A DNA stretch of 64,000 nucleotides from a virus (taxonomy: Duplodnaviria > Caudoviricetes): positions 9,000 to 72,999 of the IMG/VR virus record IMGVR_UViG_3300001531_000060. The stretch is one strand, 5' to 3'. A program made the position numbers and the translations under genes. Below, in pieces: positions 29,551-39,561 of this stretch. Under the pieces are notes generated by a model. That model had not been told where the DNA came from, ran no database searches, and was given only the letters and a program-made list of their open reading frames with translations. Within the stretch, counting starts at the first letter, position 1. The number at the start of each line of letters is the position of its first letter.

Positions 29551-32424
29551 ATGACAGATAGAAGTTCCGCATCAATTAGACAACAGTTGTGTGAATCTGC
29601 ACTTGGTGATATAGATAAAATTTTTAAAACAGATAATAAAGTATGGAATGAAGATCCAATTTCGTTCAGGGACTTCATAATTTCGAAAGATCACATGAAT
29701 TTTGTTCCGTTATCAGAAAGACAGGAAGCTCCGTTTGATTTCTTGTTTGGCAATGATTCAAAAAAGATATTTGATAATGGAAATACTACAGCAGTATTAT
29801 GTTGGGGAAAAGGATGTGTTTCAGCAGAAACAGTTTTAGAAGATGCTTTGACTCATGAAAAGTATACTGTTGGTGATCTTTATAAGAATCAAAAAAGTAT
29901 TTTTGTTAATTGCTATGATGAGAATACTAAAAGGTCTACTATAGAGGTTGCTTCAGTTCCATGGATTTCTGGTAATGGCGAAATTTATAAAGTTGAAACT
30001 GAGAGTGGCAAAACTATAAATGTTTATAAATTTCATAAGTTTTTAACTAGAAATGGTTGGAAAAGATTATCTGAATTGAGTGTAGGTGACGAGATATTAG
30101 ATGATAATATTGATATAGAAACATCTAATATTATAAGTAATGTAATTAATGAGTTTAAAGAAACGCACAAAACATATACAGAAGTTGAAGTAAAGACCTA
30201 TTTACTTGAAAGATTTTCTTGGAAAAAGAAATCAAAAGAAGAGAAACTTAGAAATAAACTAATATATTATAAAAGTTTATATGGTATAATGGGTGAAGAT
30301 TGGAGAAGCAAAAAATTTGGTTCACAGAAAGAAAAGCATCCTTTGTGGGGTACATATCAATCTGAAGAATTAAAGAAAAGAAATAGTGAATCAAATAAGA
30401 TTTCTATTAGGAAATTGTATGCAAGTGAACGTGGTGAAGAAGTAAAAAGAAAAATATCTTTAAAAACAAAAGGTGAGTTAAATCCTATGTACGGTAAGCC
30501 AGCACCTTTTGGTAGTGGGAAATGTGATTATTTTAAATTCAAAAATAATAAAGGTGAAGAATTTTATATACAAGGTACATGGGAATTAAAGTTTGCAGAA
30601 TTTTTAAATGATAAGAACATTAATTGGGAAAAGAATTTTGATAGATTTAATTATATTGCAAAAGATGGAAGTGAGAGAACTTATTGTCCAGATTTTAAAT
30701 TGTTTTTTGAACATAAAAGTATTTATGTAGAGATAAAAGGTTTAGAAGACGAGAATGTTAATATAAAGTTACAGGCTGTAAGAGATGCTGGAAAAGAAAT
30801 TATAATAATTCGCCAGGATACATTTAGACAATACTATAAGAATTATGAAACACCTGAATTGAAATTTGAAAAAATAAAAGCAATTACTTATTTACGTAAC
30901 GATAATTATTATGATTTAGAAGTTGCTAAGTATCACAACTATTTAGCTCATGGGTTATATAATCATAATTCAGGTAAAGATACAATAACATCTTTATTGA
31001 TGTGCTATGTTGTCTATGTACTACTTTGTTTAAGGTCTCCACAGAAGTTTCTTAATTTACCTGAAGGTGAAGCTATAGACTTGCTTAATGTGGCAGTTAA
31101 TGCACAACAAGCCTCAGGTGTTTTCTTTGAGAAGTTTAAACAAAGATTAATACGTTGGCAATGGTTAAGAGATAAATATCCGGTTAAGTTTTCCGGTTCA
31201 TTTCTTGGACAGGCAAGAATAGATGATATATTAAATACAGTTACAATAACGCAAAACGCAGCTATATTTCCAAATAATATAAGAGCTATTTCAGGACATT
31301 CAGGAGCTAATTCACAGGAAGGTAAGAATATATTATTTTTTGTATGTGATGAGATTGCAGGCTTTGATGAAACTCCAGCTACAAATAAAGGTATAACAAT
31401 TTTTAACATGATGAAATCTTCTGCGATTTCTCGTTTTGGAAACAGATATAAAGGTGTAGCATTAAGCTTTTCCAGATATGAAGGTGATGCAATACTTAGA
31501 TTATATGATCAAGGACAATCTGAGTTACATTGGTTTTGTGATAAAGCCTGTACATGGGAAGTAAAACCTGCACATTGTTTTAAAGATTATCCTCAGAAGT
31601 ATTTTGAGTTTCAAGGACACAAGATTCCGTTGGAATATCAATCTGAGTTTAAAGCAGATCCGGAAAATGCTAAAACAAAATATATGTGTTTACCATCTTC
31701 TATATCAAGTGTGTTTATTGAGAAGCCTGAAAAGATTAGAGCTTGTATAGATCCAAATAGATTACCATTAGTTGATACACAAGATTATGAAGAAGATGGT
31801 TATGTTAAGAAATTAATTACCAATTATAATATAAGTAGAACAGATATAGATTATACAATAACAATCGATTTAGGATTAAGGAGTGACTCTGCAGCGTTAT
31901 CAATATTTCATACAGAGTCCACAGCTACTGGATTAAAAGCAATACAAGATTTAATGATATCTTGGGTGCCTAATCCAGAAAAGAAGTTAGAAGTTTCAAT
32001 GCATAATGTGAAACAGTTTTTGGTTGATATAAGTAAGCATATAAATATAAATAGAGTTTATTTTGACCAATGGAACAGTGCTTTACTTATTGAACAGTTA
32101 AATGAGTTGCATATACCTTCTGAAGAATATAGGCTCAATTTTGCAGATTATAAACATGCAAAAGAAATGATGTATGAAGGTAGAGTATCTTTGCAGCCTA
32201 GTGAGAGACTTCAGGAAGAGTTTAGAAGACTGATATTAACTAGATCAAAACGTGTAGATCACCCAGCAGATTTCCATAATGATAACTGTGATACAGTTGT
32301 AGGTGCAATAAAGATTTTACTTACAAAGAAAGCATTGAATAGCAATATAAATATGGAAGGTGGAATTTATATACAGAATAACTTAAGTTCAATAGGTGGA
32401 ACAATTATTGGACAACAGGAGTAA
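29551..32424 (+). CDS. terL: Terminase large subunit containing an intein
   Basis: Walker A GKG|SGKD split by the intein; Walker B FFVCDE; nuclease TIDLG..SD; FDQWNS; HNDNCD. Confidence 0.9.
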   Translation: MTDRSSASIRQQLCESALGDIDKIFKTDNKVWNEDPISFRDFIISKDHMNFVPLSERQEAPFDFLFGNDSKKIFDNGNTTAVLCWGKGCVSAETVLEDALTHEKYTVGDLYKNQKSIFVNCYDENTKRSTIEVASVPWISGNGEIYKVETESGKTINVYKFHKFLTRNGWKRLSELSVGDEILDDNIDIETSNIISNVINEFKETHKTYTEVEVKTYLLERFSWKKKSKEEKLRNKLIYYKSLYGIMGEDWRSKKFGSQKEKHPLWGTYQSEELKKRNSESNKISIRKLYASERGEEVKRKISLKTKGELNPMYGKPAPFGSGKCDYFKFKNNKGEEFYIQGTWELKFAEFLNDKNINWEKNFDRFNYIAKDGSERTYCPDFKLFFEHKSIYVEIKGLEDENVNIKLQAVRDAGKEIIIIRQDTFRQYYKNYETPELKFEKIKAITYLRNDNYYDLEVAKYHNYLAHGLYNHNSGKDTITSLLMCYVVYVLLCLRSPQKFLNLPEGEAIDLLNVAVNAQQASGVFFEKFKQRLIRWQWLRDKYPVKFSGSFLGQARIDDILNTVTITQNAAIFPNNIRAISGHSGANSQEGKNILFFVCDEIAGFDETPATNKGITIFNMMKSSAISRFGNRYKGVALSFSRYEGDAILRLYDQGQSELHWFCDKACTWEVKPAHCFKDYPQKYFEFQGHKIPLEYQSEFKADPENAKTKYMCLPSSISSVFIEKPEKIRACIDPNRLPLVDTQDYEEDGYVKKLITNYNISRTDIDYTITIDLGLRSDSAALSIFHTESTATGLKAIQDLMISWVPNPEKKLEVSMHNVKQFLVDISKHININRVYFDQWNSALLIEQLNELHIPSEEYRLNFADYKHAKEMMYEGRVSLQPSERLQEEFRRLILTRSKRVDHPADFHNDNCDTVVGAIKILLTKKALNSNINMEGGIYIQNNLSSIGGTIIGQQE
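29815..30969 (+). mobile_element. Intein (385 aa) with NUMOD3-like repeats and a PD-(D/E)XK nuclease
   Basis: Starts CVSAET; block B HKFLT..GW; ends YDLEV..HNYLAHGLYNHN followed by Ser+1; internal GELNPMYGK and YCPDF..YVEIKG. Confidence 0.92.
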
Positions 32425-32426
32425 AA

Positions 32427-32675
32427 ATGTCTAGATGGTTAATTGCAAATGATATGAAAGGTGTAGATCAAGATCCAAATACATTTCAAAACGAAGTTAA
32501 AGTAGTTGAGCAAAAACAAAATAGTTTGTCTGAACATCCGAATGAAGGTAAAGATGTTGAAGTTAAAATAAGTTTTGATGCGAAAGAAAATAATCCGGAG
32601 GGCAAAGATATCAGTAATGTTCCTATAGGAATATCCCCAAACGGACAGCAACAAACAAAAGATGCTATTGCGTAG
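32427..32675 (+). CDS. MSRWL-leader small protein 1
   Basis: MSRWLIA... Confidence 0.65.
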   Translation: MSRWLIANDMKGVDQDPNTFQNEVKVVEQKQNSLSEHPNEGKDVEVKISFDAKENNPEGKDISNVPIGISPNGQQQTKDAIA

Positions 32676-32696
32676 CCTTGACATTTTTATCATAAT
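32676..32696 (+). promoter_or_regulatory. Putative late promoter
   Basis: CCTTGACA-TTTTTAT-CATAAT. Confidence 0.7.
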
Positions 32697-32731
32697 ATCT
32701 AGATTTTTAAATATTTATTAGGAGTTTTCAT

Positions 32732-34267
32732 ATGGGTTTATTTGATAATTTTAAAAAGATATTAGCTATAGATGAATCTGATTTTGTATCTGAAGATGAA
32801 TTAGGATCTAATGAACAGTCAGATTTTGATGACGAAGAAGATAATATAGAGTTATTTGAAAAAAATGTAATAAGTAAGATTTCAAATATGAAACAGTTAT
32901 TATCTGCTGGAAAAGTTGATTTAGATGCTTTGAATTCTGAGTTGAAAGAGATTGAGAATTATATTGATTCTGCAGATTATATAAGTTCAAATCTAAAATT
33001 AGATTTTAAAGATCAAATAAATATAACAATTAATAGTTTAAATAAAGAAACAGAACTTCAGTTACCAGATTATATTTTAGATATTGGTCGCAAATATTAT
33101 TGTTTGTCAGACTATATTGAAAATAATTTAGCTAATTTAGAAACTTCAAAATATAATTTAGAAAGTTTACAGAGTGCATTAAAAAGTCTTACAAATGAAA
33201 TGCAAAGAATTTTATATTCATATTCTTTCCAATCAGATATTGAACTTTCTAAAAATGCAATAAACGAATTTGAAAGTATATTCGATAATATAATAGCAAG
33301 TATGCTAGATAAAGATTCTGCTATTGGGATTAATAACAAATTAAATGAGATTACAAATCAGGATGTAGAAGAATTTTTAAAAGTTCGTTTTAGTAATTTG
33401 CTTTCAAATATCGGTTCAGATAGTTGGTCATTTAAATTAAAAACTTTATCTAAGCATTTAACCAAACTTGAAATGCTTTGTTCTTCTGTTATAGAACTTT
33501 TAGATAAAGAAGATATGAAAGCACCTTTAAGAAATAAATTATATGATATCTTATGTTCTGAACAATATATAATTACTAATATTTGGCGTAATAGAAATGA
33601 CAGAGATTCACTATTTAGAACATTAGCTTATAATTTTGAAGGTGCATTTGTAGCGTCTGATTACACACAGAATTCTGAAGTAAGACAACTTTTAAAAGAG
33701 TTAACTACTAAATTAACTGATATAACGAAATCGGCTAATATTAGAGATATAAACTATAATAAGATTATTAGCGAAATAAATTTAGCTGGTATTAAAACCG
33801 CTATAAAAGAATTAAATTATTATTTTGTTAATAATGCTGAGAAGTTTAAAACATTAGTAAATAAATTAAACAATATAGGAAATGTTAACGGTAAGTTTGT
33901 TGCATCAAAACGTGAATACAATGAGATTAATCAGATCTGGAATTCAATTTTCAATAAATTATATAAAGTTGTAGAACCTATCTATAGTTTGAAAAATAAA
34001 GTGAAAGACAATGTATCTGATATAAATATAACATTAGGTTCAGGACAATCTTTAACAGCGCCCGAATTAGTAGATTTTTTATGTGAATTTAGAGATTTTG
34101 TATTTAAAGAATCAATGAGTCCAGATTTAAGTGTTAATATAGAATCTCAAACAGATGCTGTACAACCGATGGAAGTAAGTGAAAAAGTTTTGAATAATTT
34201 TAAATTAACTTATTCACAGTTAGTTAATTTTGAGAGAAAAATAAAAACGTATAATAATATTAATTAG
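32732..34267 (+). CDS. Hypothetical helical virion protein (511 aa)
   Basis: AGGAG RBS; follows a late motif; N-terminus MGLFDNFKKILA. Confidence 0.55.
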   Translation: MGLFDNFKKILAIDESDFVSEDELGSNEQSDFDDEEDNIELFEKNVISKISNMKQLLSAGKVDLDALNSELKEIENYIDSADYISSNLKLDFKDQINITINSLNKETELQLPDYILDIGRKYYCLSDYIENNLANLETSKYNLESLQSALKSLTNEMQRILYSYSFQSDIELSKNAINEFESIFDNIIASMLDKDSAIGINNKLNEITNQDVEEFLKVRFSNLLSNIGSDSWSFKLKTLSKHLTKLEMLCSSVIELLDKEDMKAPLRNKLYDILCSEQYIITNIWRNRNDRDSLFRTLAYNFEGAFVASDYTQNSEVRQLLKELTTKLTDITKSANIRDINYNKIISEINLAGIKTAIKELNYYFVNNAEKFKTLVNKLNNIGNVNGKFVASKREYNEINQIWNSIFNKLYKVVEPIYSLKNKVKDNVSDINITLGSGQSLTAPELVDFLCEFRDFVFKESMSPDLSVNIESQTDAVQPMEVSEKVLNNFKLTYSQLVNFERKIKTYNNIN

Positions 34268-34281
34268 ATAAGGAGTAGATT

Positions 34282-34629
34282 ATGGAAGATATAAAAAAGG
34301 AAGCAAGATTTAATTTATTTGCAGAGTTCGATGATGTTGGTGATGACAATACTTGGGAAGTTGTTGAAGATGAGAACGGTAATAAAGTTCTCGGAAGAAT
34401 GGCATCAGCAAAAGATGTGACAAATAAAGAAGCAATTAAGGCCGGTGGAGCCTGGGCATATAAAGAAGGAGATAATGTTTATATTGATACAGGTGATACG
34501 ATGCTTCATAAAGCAACTATTTTAGACAGAAGAGCTAACTTAAAATACGGTATTGTTTGTGAAGGAAGTTCTTTAGTTCATGAAATAGAAGAAGCAGATA
34601 TTATAGATGTAGATGAAAATTTATTTTAA
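34282..34629 (+). CDS. Hypothetical head-region protein
   Basis: AAGGAG RBS. Confidence 0.55.
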   Translation: MEDIKKEARFNLFAEFDDVGDDNTWEVVEDENGNKVLGRMASAKDVTNKEAIKAGGAWAYKEGDNVYIDTGDTMLHKATILDRRANLKYGIVCEGSSLVHEIEEADIIDVDENLF

Positions 34630-34642
34630 TAGGAGTGAGAAT

Positions 34643-35911
34643 ATGTCAGATTTAAATAAAAAAGAAGCTGGTATACAAGAAATTACACAGATGCTCTTTA
34701 ATGTGAATTTTGCAGGAACAAATTCAAAGGAAGAGTTTACAGAATTACAAAATAACATGATTAAGATGTTGAGTCAACATCAGTATTCTTACTCTGATAT
34801 TGAAAATTATTTTATTGGTTGGGGCTATCAAGTTCCTATGATAAAAGAAATTTATAAACATCTTACAGGATTAGATCCGGAAAGAGTTAATTCAACAGAT
34901 TATTTATTGAATATGCCTGGATGTATTCCTGGATTTAATTATGGTTGGGGAGAAGGTAAAGGTAGTAAATATAAATATGTATTTATTATAGGATATAAAC
35001 TCGGATTCGGTGTGTTTGGTCAAATCGATGATTTGTCTAGAGAACTTATACAGTATACATTGGATCTTGAAGAAGCATTAAATGTTTTAAATAAAAATGC
35101 AAAGGATATAAAGACTTGCAAATCTATTATATCTGTTCCTGAAAAAGATATTAATAAGAGTTTGGAAGTACCTTATCTTTGTACAGATGCTCCTATAACA
35201 CAGAAGGTTTTATTCAAAGGTAGAACCGCTTCTCTTGCAAAGAGTATTGATTCTTATCAAATGCAACCTCATGAAGTAAGAGCAATGTTAAGAGTTGCTT
35301 ATGATCAAAATGAAATTACAGCACAAGAACACAAAGACTTGTACGATTATTATTTAAAGAGATATGCAGAGGAAGATGAAGCTTCTGATATAACAAAAGA
35401 ACTCGAGAAAGAAGATATTAAAACAAATCAAACAGATAAAGATTTACAAAAAGAAGTAGTTAATGAAGATAAAGCTGCGTTTGATTTGGATAAAATTGCT
35501 TTTTACATAAAAGAAATCAATAAGTATTTTGAAGATAATCTGTCAGAATTATTGTCAAAAGCTTTGATAGAAGTTAAAGAAGTAAAGTATGTTAATAAAA
35601 ATGTAGATAATTCAATCGAAAAAACTCCGGAAGTTCCGGGACAAAATCCAATTCAATATTTTAATAAAGCTGCAAAACTTTCTGTAGTTTTAGGTGTTAC
35701 TTGGAATGATAAAGCAAATTTAGGACAACAGTTTGTTCTAGCGATGTTCGCTATAGATGATAAAGGCAATGTTGAAACAGACGGTAACTTCAAAGGTGTT
35801 GATGAAGAAATTTATCCTTTGAATGCATCTGGTCTTGAAAATTATTTTTCTAAACTTGAAGAGTTAGATAAATCTGGAAATGTAAAAGATGATGTAAAGG
35901 AAGAAGAATAA
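34643..35911 (+). CDS. Hypothetical head-region protein
   Basis: AGGAG RBS precedes ATG 34643, in frame with the track ORF at 34613. Confidence 0.55.
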   Translation: MSDLNKKEAGIQEITQMLFNVNFAGTNSKEEFTELQNNMIKMLSQHQYSYSDIENYFIGWGYQVPMIKEIYKHLTGLDPERVNSTDYLLNMPGCIPGFNYGWGEGKGSKYKYVFIIGYKLGFGVFGQIDDLSRELIQYTLDLEEALNVLNKNAKDIKTCKSIISVPEKDINKSLEVPYLCTDAPITQKVLFKGRTASLAKSIDSYQMQPHEVRAMLRVAYDQNEITAQEHKDLYDYYLKRYAEEDEASDITKELEKEDIKTNQTDKDLQKEVVNEDKAAFDLDKIAFYIKEINKYFEDNLSELLSKALIEVKEVKYVNKNVDNSIEKTPEVPGQNPIQYFNKAAKLSVVLGVTWNDKANLGQQFVLAMFAIDDKGNVETDGNFKGVDEEIYPLNASGLENYFSKLEELDKSGNVKDDVKEEE

Positions 35912-36105
35912 TGTCTAGATGGTTGATTACATCAGAAATCAATAAATCAAATGAGATAGATAACAACTCTAATAAAAGTTTAGAAGATAATCAAGTTATG
36001 GAAGCGTTACCAACAGGTGAGTTAGGGAATGGTACATTTGAAGGTAATGAAAATAAATGGAAAGAAGAACAAGAAAAGAATAAGGTACAAATAAATGCAA
36101 AATGA
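35911..36105 (+). CDS. MSRWL-leader small protein 2
   Basis: MSRWLITS... Confidence 0.6.
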   Translation: MSRWLITSEINKSNEIDNNSNKSLEDNQVMEALPTGELGNGTFEGNENKWKEEQEKNKVQINAK

Positions 36106-36286
36106 TTTACTATATATAATAGAAGATATAGAAAAGCGTGTATATTACTTATCTCAAGAATTAAATAAAAATAATATTAATGCAAATATAGATATAAGTA
36201 ATATACAATATGCTTTAATAAATGGTATAAAGCCAAAGGTAAATGAATACACTGAAAAAATGAAAAAATTAGAAAATGAAAATTAA
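36095..36286 (+). CDS. Hypothetical protein
   Basis: ORF track; overlaps the upstream gene. Confidence 0.45.
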   Translation: MQNDLLYIIEDIEKRVYYLSQELNKNNINANIDISNIQYALINGIKPKVNEYTEKMKKLENEN

Positions 36287-36303
36287 ATTAAGGAAGATTA
36301 CAT

Positions 36304-38040
36304 ATGCCAAATATAAAAGAGATAAAAAGTAGTAAGGGTTTTAATAGAAGAGCAAATACAATAATGATGGATGGCGGAATGGGAATGATGGGTAACCCAA
36401 ACAGTTCCATTAACCGTGTTCCTATGATGTACGTTGATCCTTTAATGGATCCAGTATTGATGATATTTCCTCGTGAAAATGATACACAGTTAAACGCGAG
36501 ATTAAGACATTATTATATGTACAATCCTTTGGTACATTCTGTAATAGATTTGCATTCATCTTATGCTTTAAGTGATTTTGAGTTAAGATGTGATGACAGA
36601 GAAATTGAACAATATTATAATGATATAAAAGATAGATTAGATATTTTAACTATGATGATTAATCTCAATAGAGATTTTTGGTTATTAGGTAATGCTTATA
36701 TGTATGGTGATTGGGATGAAACAAATGCTGAGTGGATAAGATTTAACCAATTCCCTCCGGAAAATATTGAGATACACAGATCATATGCTGGTGGAAATGC
36801 TGTATATTTTCTTAAGCCAGACGAATCAACAAAGAAAGTTTTACAATCAAGTAGTGCTGCAGATCAAGCAGTTGCTTCAACTATACCAATAGAATTTAGA
36901 AATTCAATTTTAACTGGAACGCCTTATCAATTAGCAAATGAAAGAGTTATTCATTTTGCAAATAGACCTGCTCAATATTCATTACAAGGCGAATCAATAC
37001 TTAAATCTTGTTTAAAAGATTTAATGTATGAGGATAAGTTAAGATTATTACAATTTACTTTTGCAGATAGAGCAATGTATCCAATTAAACATTGGAAAGT
37101 TGGATCAGAAGCAAAAGGTTGGTTTCCAGATAAAAGACAATTTAATGAAACCAAAGCATTAATTATGGCTGGAATAAATGATCCGGATTATAATTTAATA
37201 ACACATCCATTTGTTAATCTTGAAATAAAAGACCAACATGGTAATTGGCAAGATTTGAAAGCAGAATTTGATTTTGCACAAAAGAGAATAATGATTGGAT
37301 TGTTCTGTAATGACGCAATGCTTGGTGGCGAGGCCGGACCCTATGCAAAAGATATGATTAATATGAAAGTTGTTATGCATAGATATTTAATGAACAGAAA
37401 TTTACTTGAAAGACTTATAAGAGAAAAAGTATTTTTACCAATTGCAAGAGAACATGGATTGATAAAAAGAACTCAAGCTGAAGTTCAACATAAATTAAGA
37501 TTAAGTTCATCCTATAATAATTTTATATTACCTAAATTCTTTTATAAAGAAAGAGTTAATCTTCTTAGTTCACAATCAGAACAAGAAATGTTGCTTAGAC
37601 TTAGAGATAAAAAAGAAATTCCATTTGAACTTGTTGCAGATATGTTTGGTTGGGATATGGATCAACTTCAAGAGAAGTTTAATAGAGAAGCTGATACAGT
37701 ATTTGATCCATTATATAAAGCAGCCAAAGATGATTTAGCTAAAGAAAAAGCAATGAGAAATAGAATTTTGAATGGTGATTTTAAAGATAATAATTATAAA
37801 GATTTGGCAAAGACAAAAGAAAATCCACAAGGTAAAGCAGGTAGAGAAACAGGTGGTGCAGCTAATGGTGGTGGAAGACCTCCGTTATCGGAAGATGAAT
37901 TAAAGACAGAAGAACCTGCAATACTTCCAAATGGTGAAGGTGATTTAAGTCCAAGAGGTAAGCAAGAAGAAACAGGTGAATTGCCTGCTCCGGAAGGCGG
38001 TGGAGATTTAGGTGATATATTAAGTGGTATCGGAGGATAG
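36304..38040 (+). CDS. Portal protein
   Basis: HYY..NPLVHSVIDLHS, HFA..P.QY...GESIL..CL, disordered acidic tail; between terminase and protease. Confidence 0.85.
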   Translation: MPNIKEIKSSKGFNRRANTIMMDGGMGMMGNPNSSINRVPMMYVDPLMDPVLMIFPRENDTQLNARLRHYYMYNPLVHSVIDLHSSYALSDFELRCDDREIEQYYNDIKDRLDILTMMINLNRDFWLLGNAYMYGDWDETNAEWIRFNQFPPENIEIHRSYAGGNAVYFLKPDESTKKVLQSSSAADQAVASTIPIEFRNSILTGTPYQLANERVIHFANRPAQYSLQGESILKSCLKDLMYEDKLRLLQFTFADRAMYPIKHWKVGSEAKGWFPDKRQFNETKALIMAGINDPDYNLITHPFVNLEIKDQHGNWQDLKAEFDFAQKRIMIGLFCNDAMLGGEAGPYAKDMINMKVVMHRYLMNRNLLERLIREKVFLPIAREHGLIKRTQAEVQHKLRLSSSYNNFILPKFFYKERVNLLSSQSEQEMLLRLRDKKEIPFELVADMFGWDMDQLQEKFNREADTVFDPLYKAAKDDLAKEKAMRNRILNGDFKDNNYKDLAKTKENPQGKAGRETGGAANGGGRPPLSEDELKTEEPAILPNGEGDLSPRGKQEETGELPAPEGGGDLGDILSGIGG

Positions 38041-38042
38041 AG

Positions 38043-38264
38043 ATGAGTAGATGGTTACAGGCAGAATATACAGGTAAAGTGTTATTTGATTTAATAGATA
38101 AAAAAATTACTAGAGATGATCCTAATTTTATGGAAGCGTTGAAAGAAGCGATAGAATATAAAGGGCTTGAACAAGCTCACACACTTATTGATGATGGAAT
38201 AGCTACACAAGAAGAAGTGAGTCAAGCTATTACGGAATTGAATAAAAGTAACATGGAGGAATAA
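38043..38264 (+). CDS. MSRWL-leader small protein 3
   Basis: MSRWLQA... Confidence 0.65.
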   Translation: MSRWLQAEYTGKVLFDLIDKKITRDDPNFMEALKEAIEYKGLEQAHTLIDDGIATQEEVSQAITELNKSNMEE

Positions 38265-38265
38265 T

Positions 38266-38397
38266 ATGTTTAAAAGATCTGGAGTAGTTACTCCAATGAA
38301 GGTTTTGAAAAAGATTACATCTGAAGATATGCCAAGTAAGAAGATGAAGAAAGTTGCTGAAGATGAGCAACAAACAAAAACTACTAAGGAAAAATAA
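38266..38397 (+). CDS. Small basic protein (43 aa)
   Basis: Hand-translated MFKRSGVVTPMKVLKKITS...KKVAEDEQQTKTTKEK after GGAGG; not in the ORF track. Confidence 0.5.
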   Translation: MFKRSGVVTPMKVLKKITSEDMPSKKMKKVAEDEQQTKTTKEK

Positions 38398-38398
38398 T

Positions 38399-38683
38399 AT
38401 GTCTAGATGGTTAGTGCAAGCTTTTTACAATGAACCAAATACTATTGAGATTGATAAACCTAACTCAAGTGATGAGAAAGCTAATAAAAAATTGCAATAT
38501 ATTTTTGATATGTTAGAAAATATACAAGCATCAGATAAGTATTATACATACGAAAAAACTGAGTTAGATGATAAATATATATTAACAATTAAACGTGAAC
38601 GCACACCAAAATCCGGTGAAGAAACAATGCCTATGGTGAAAGATATATTAAATAGATATAAGATCAATTATAGGGAGATATAA
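38399..38683 (+). CDS. MSRWL-leader small protein 4
   Basis: Internal ATG of track ORF 38354 gives MSRWLVQA... Confidence 0.6.
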   Translation: MSRWLVQAFYNEPNTIEIDKPNSSDEKANKKLQYIFDMLENIQASDKYYTYEKTELDDKYILTIKRERTPKSGEETMPMVKDILNRYKINYREI

Positions 38684-38684
38684 A

Positions 38685-39449
38685 ATGTTTAAAAGATTGT
38701 GTATGGCAGAACCAATAGAAGTCTATGCTTCAGCAAATGATATGCTTGAAGGTTGGTATGGATTTAATAGACAAGCTTCAAAAAAGATAGTAAAAGCTTT
38801 TGAGTTTGATCCGGATAACTATTTGTATTATAGAAACAGAGCTATTACAGCGGATGAAAGAAATGCAAATGGAGATATATTTCCTCACGATGAAATAAAG
38901 AAAGCATATACTACTTTTATAGGAAAAGGTATATTTTATAATCATAATTCTGATGATCCTAATAACTCTATGGGAATTATATTGGATGCTAATTTTGTTG
39001 AACCAGCACAAAAACATGCTTATGTAGAATTACTTTGTGCTATTGATAAACAATTAGCAGAACAAAAATATCCTGGATTGTTACATAGAGTTGAATCAGG
39101 ATTGGTTTCAGGTACTTCGATGGGTACATTTGCAGGAGCTGCACAGTGCTGTATTTGTGGAAACTATACAACTACATTAGAAGGATTATGTGAACATATG
39201 AATCCGGATGATATGCATTATTGTAAAGGTAAACTTATAAATGCTTCTACAAATGAGTATGGTGCAGAAATTAATTACGGATTATGTTTCTGTGAAGATA
39301 GTATTGTTAATGAACCAGCAGATCCAACTGCACATATTTTCCAAGTTTATGCAAGTACAAAAGATAAATTAGATGTCAATAATCCAAATAAAGAAATAAT
39401 TGCAAGTTTAATAAATACTTTACAAACAATGTTAAAGGTATTGAAGTAA
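38685..39449 (+). CDS. Prohead (maturation) protease
   Basis: N.NGD.F, FYNHN (His), SGTSMG (Ser), CCICGN..CEH; between portal and scaffold. Confidence 0.7.
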   Translation: MFKRLCMAEPIEVYASANDMLEGWYGFNRQASKKIVKAFEFDPDNYLYYRNRAITADERNANGDIFPHDEIKKAYTTFIGKGIFYNHNSDDPNNSMGIILDANFVEPAQKHAYVELLCAIDKQLAEQKYPGLLHRVESGLVSGTSMGTFAGAAQCCICGNYTTTLEGLCEHMNPDDMHYCKGKLINASTNEYGAEINYGLCFCEDSIVNEPADPTAHIFQVYASTKDKLDVNNPNKEIIASLINTLQTMLKVLK

Positions 39450-39461
39450 AATAAGAAAATA

Positions 39462-39561
39462 ATCATTATCAGGTAGCATTAACCTAGCTAGTTAATGAGA
39501 TAATAGTATACCTTGAAATACTAAGCTGATAATGATATAATATCTTTCAAGGAGATAATTA
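39462..39561 (+). ncRNA. Endonuclease-leader structured RNA, copy 3 (divergent)
   Basis: P1 ATCATTATCAG/CTGATAATGAT; P2 CATTAAC-CTAGCTA-GTTAATG; AGATAA; P3 TAGTAT-ACCTTGAA-ATACTA; loop CCTTGAA pairs with TTCAAGG overlapping the SD. Confidence 0.7.
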
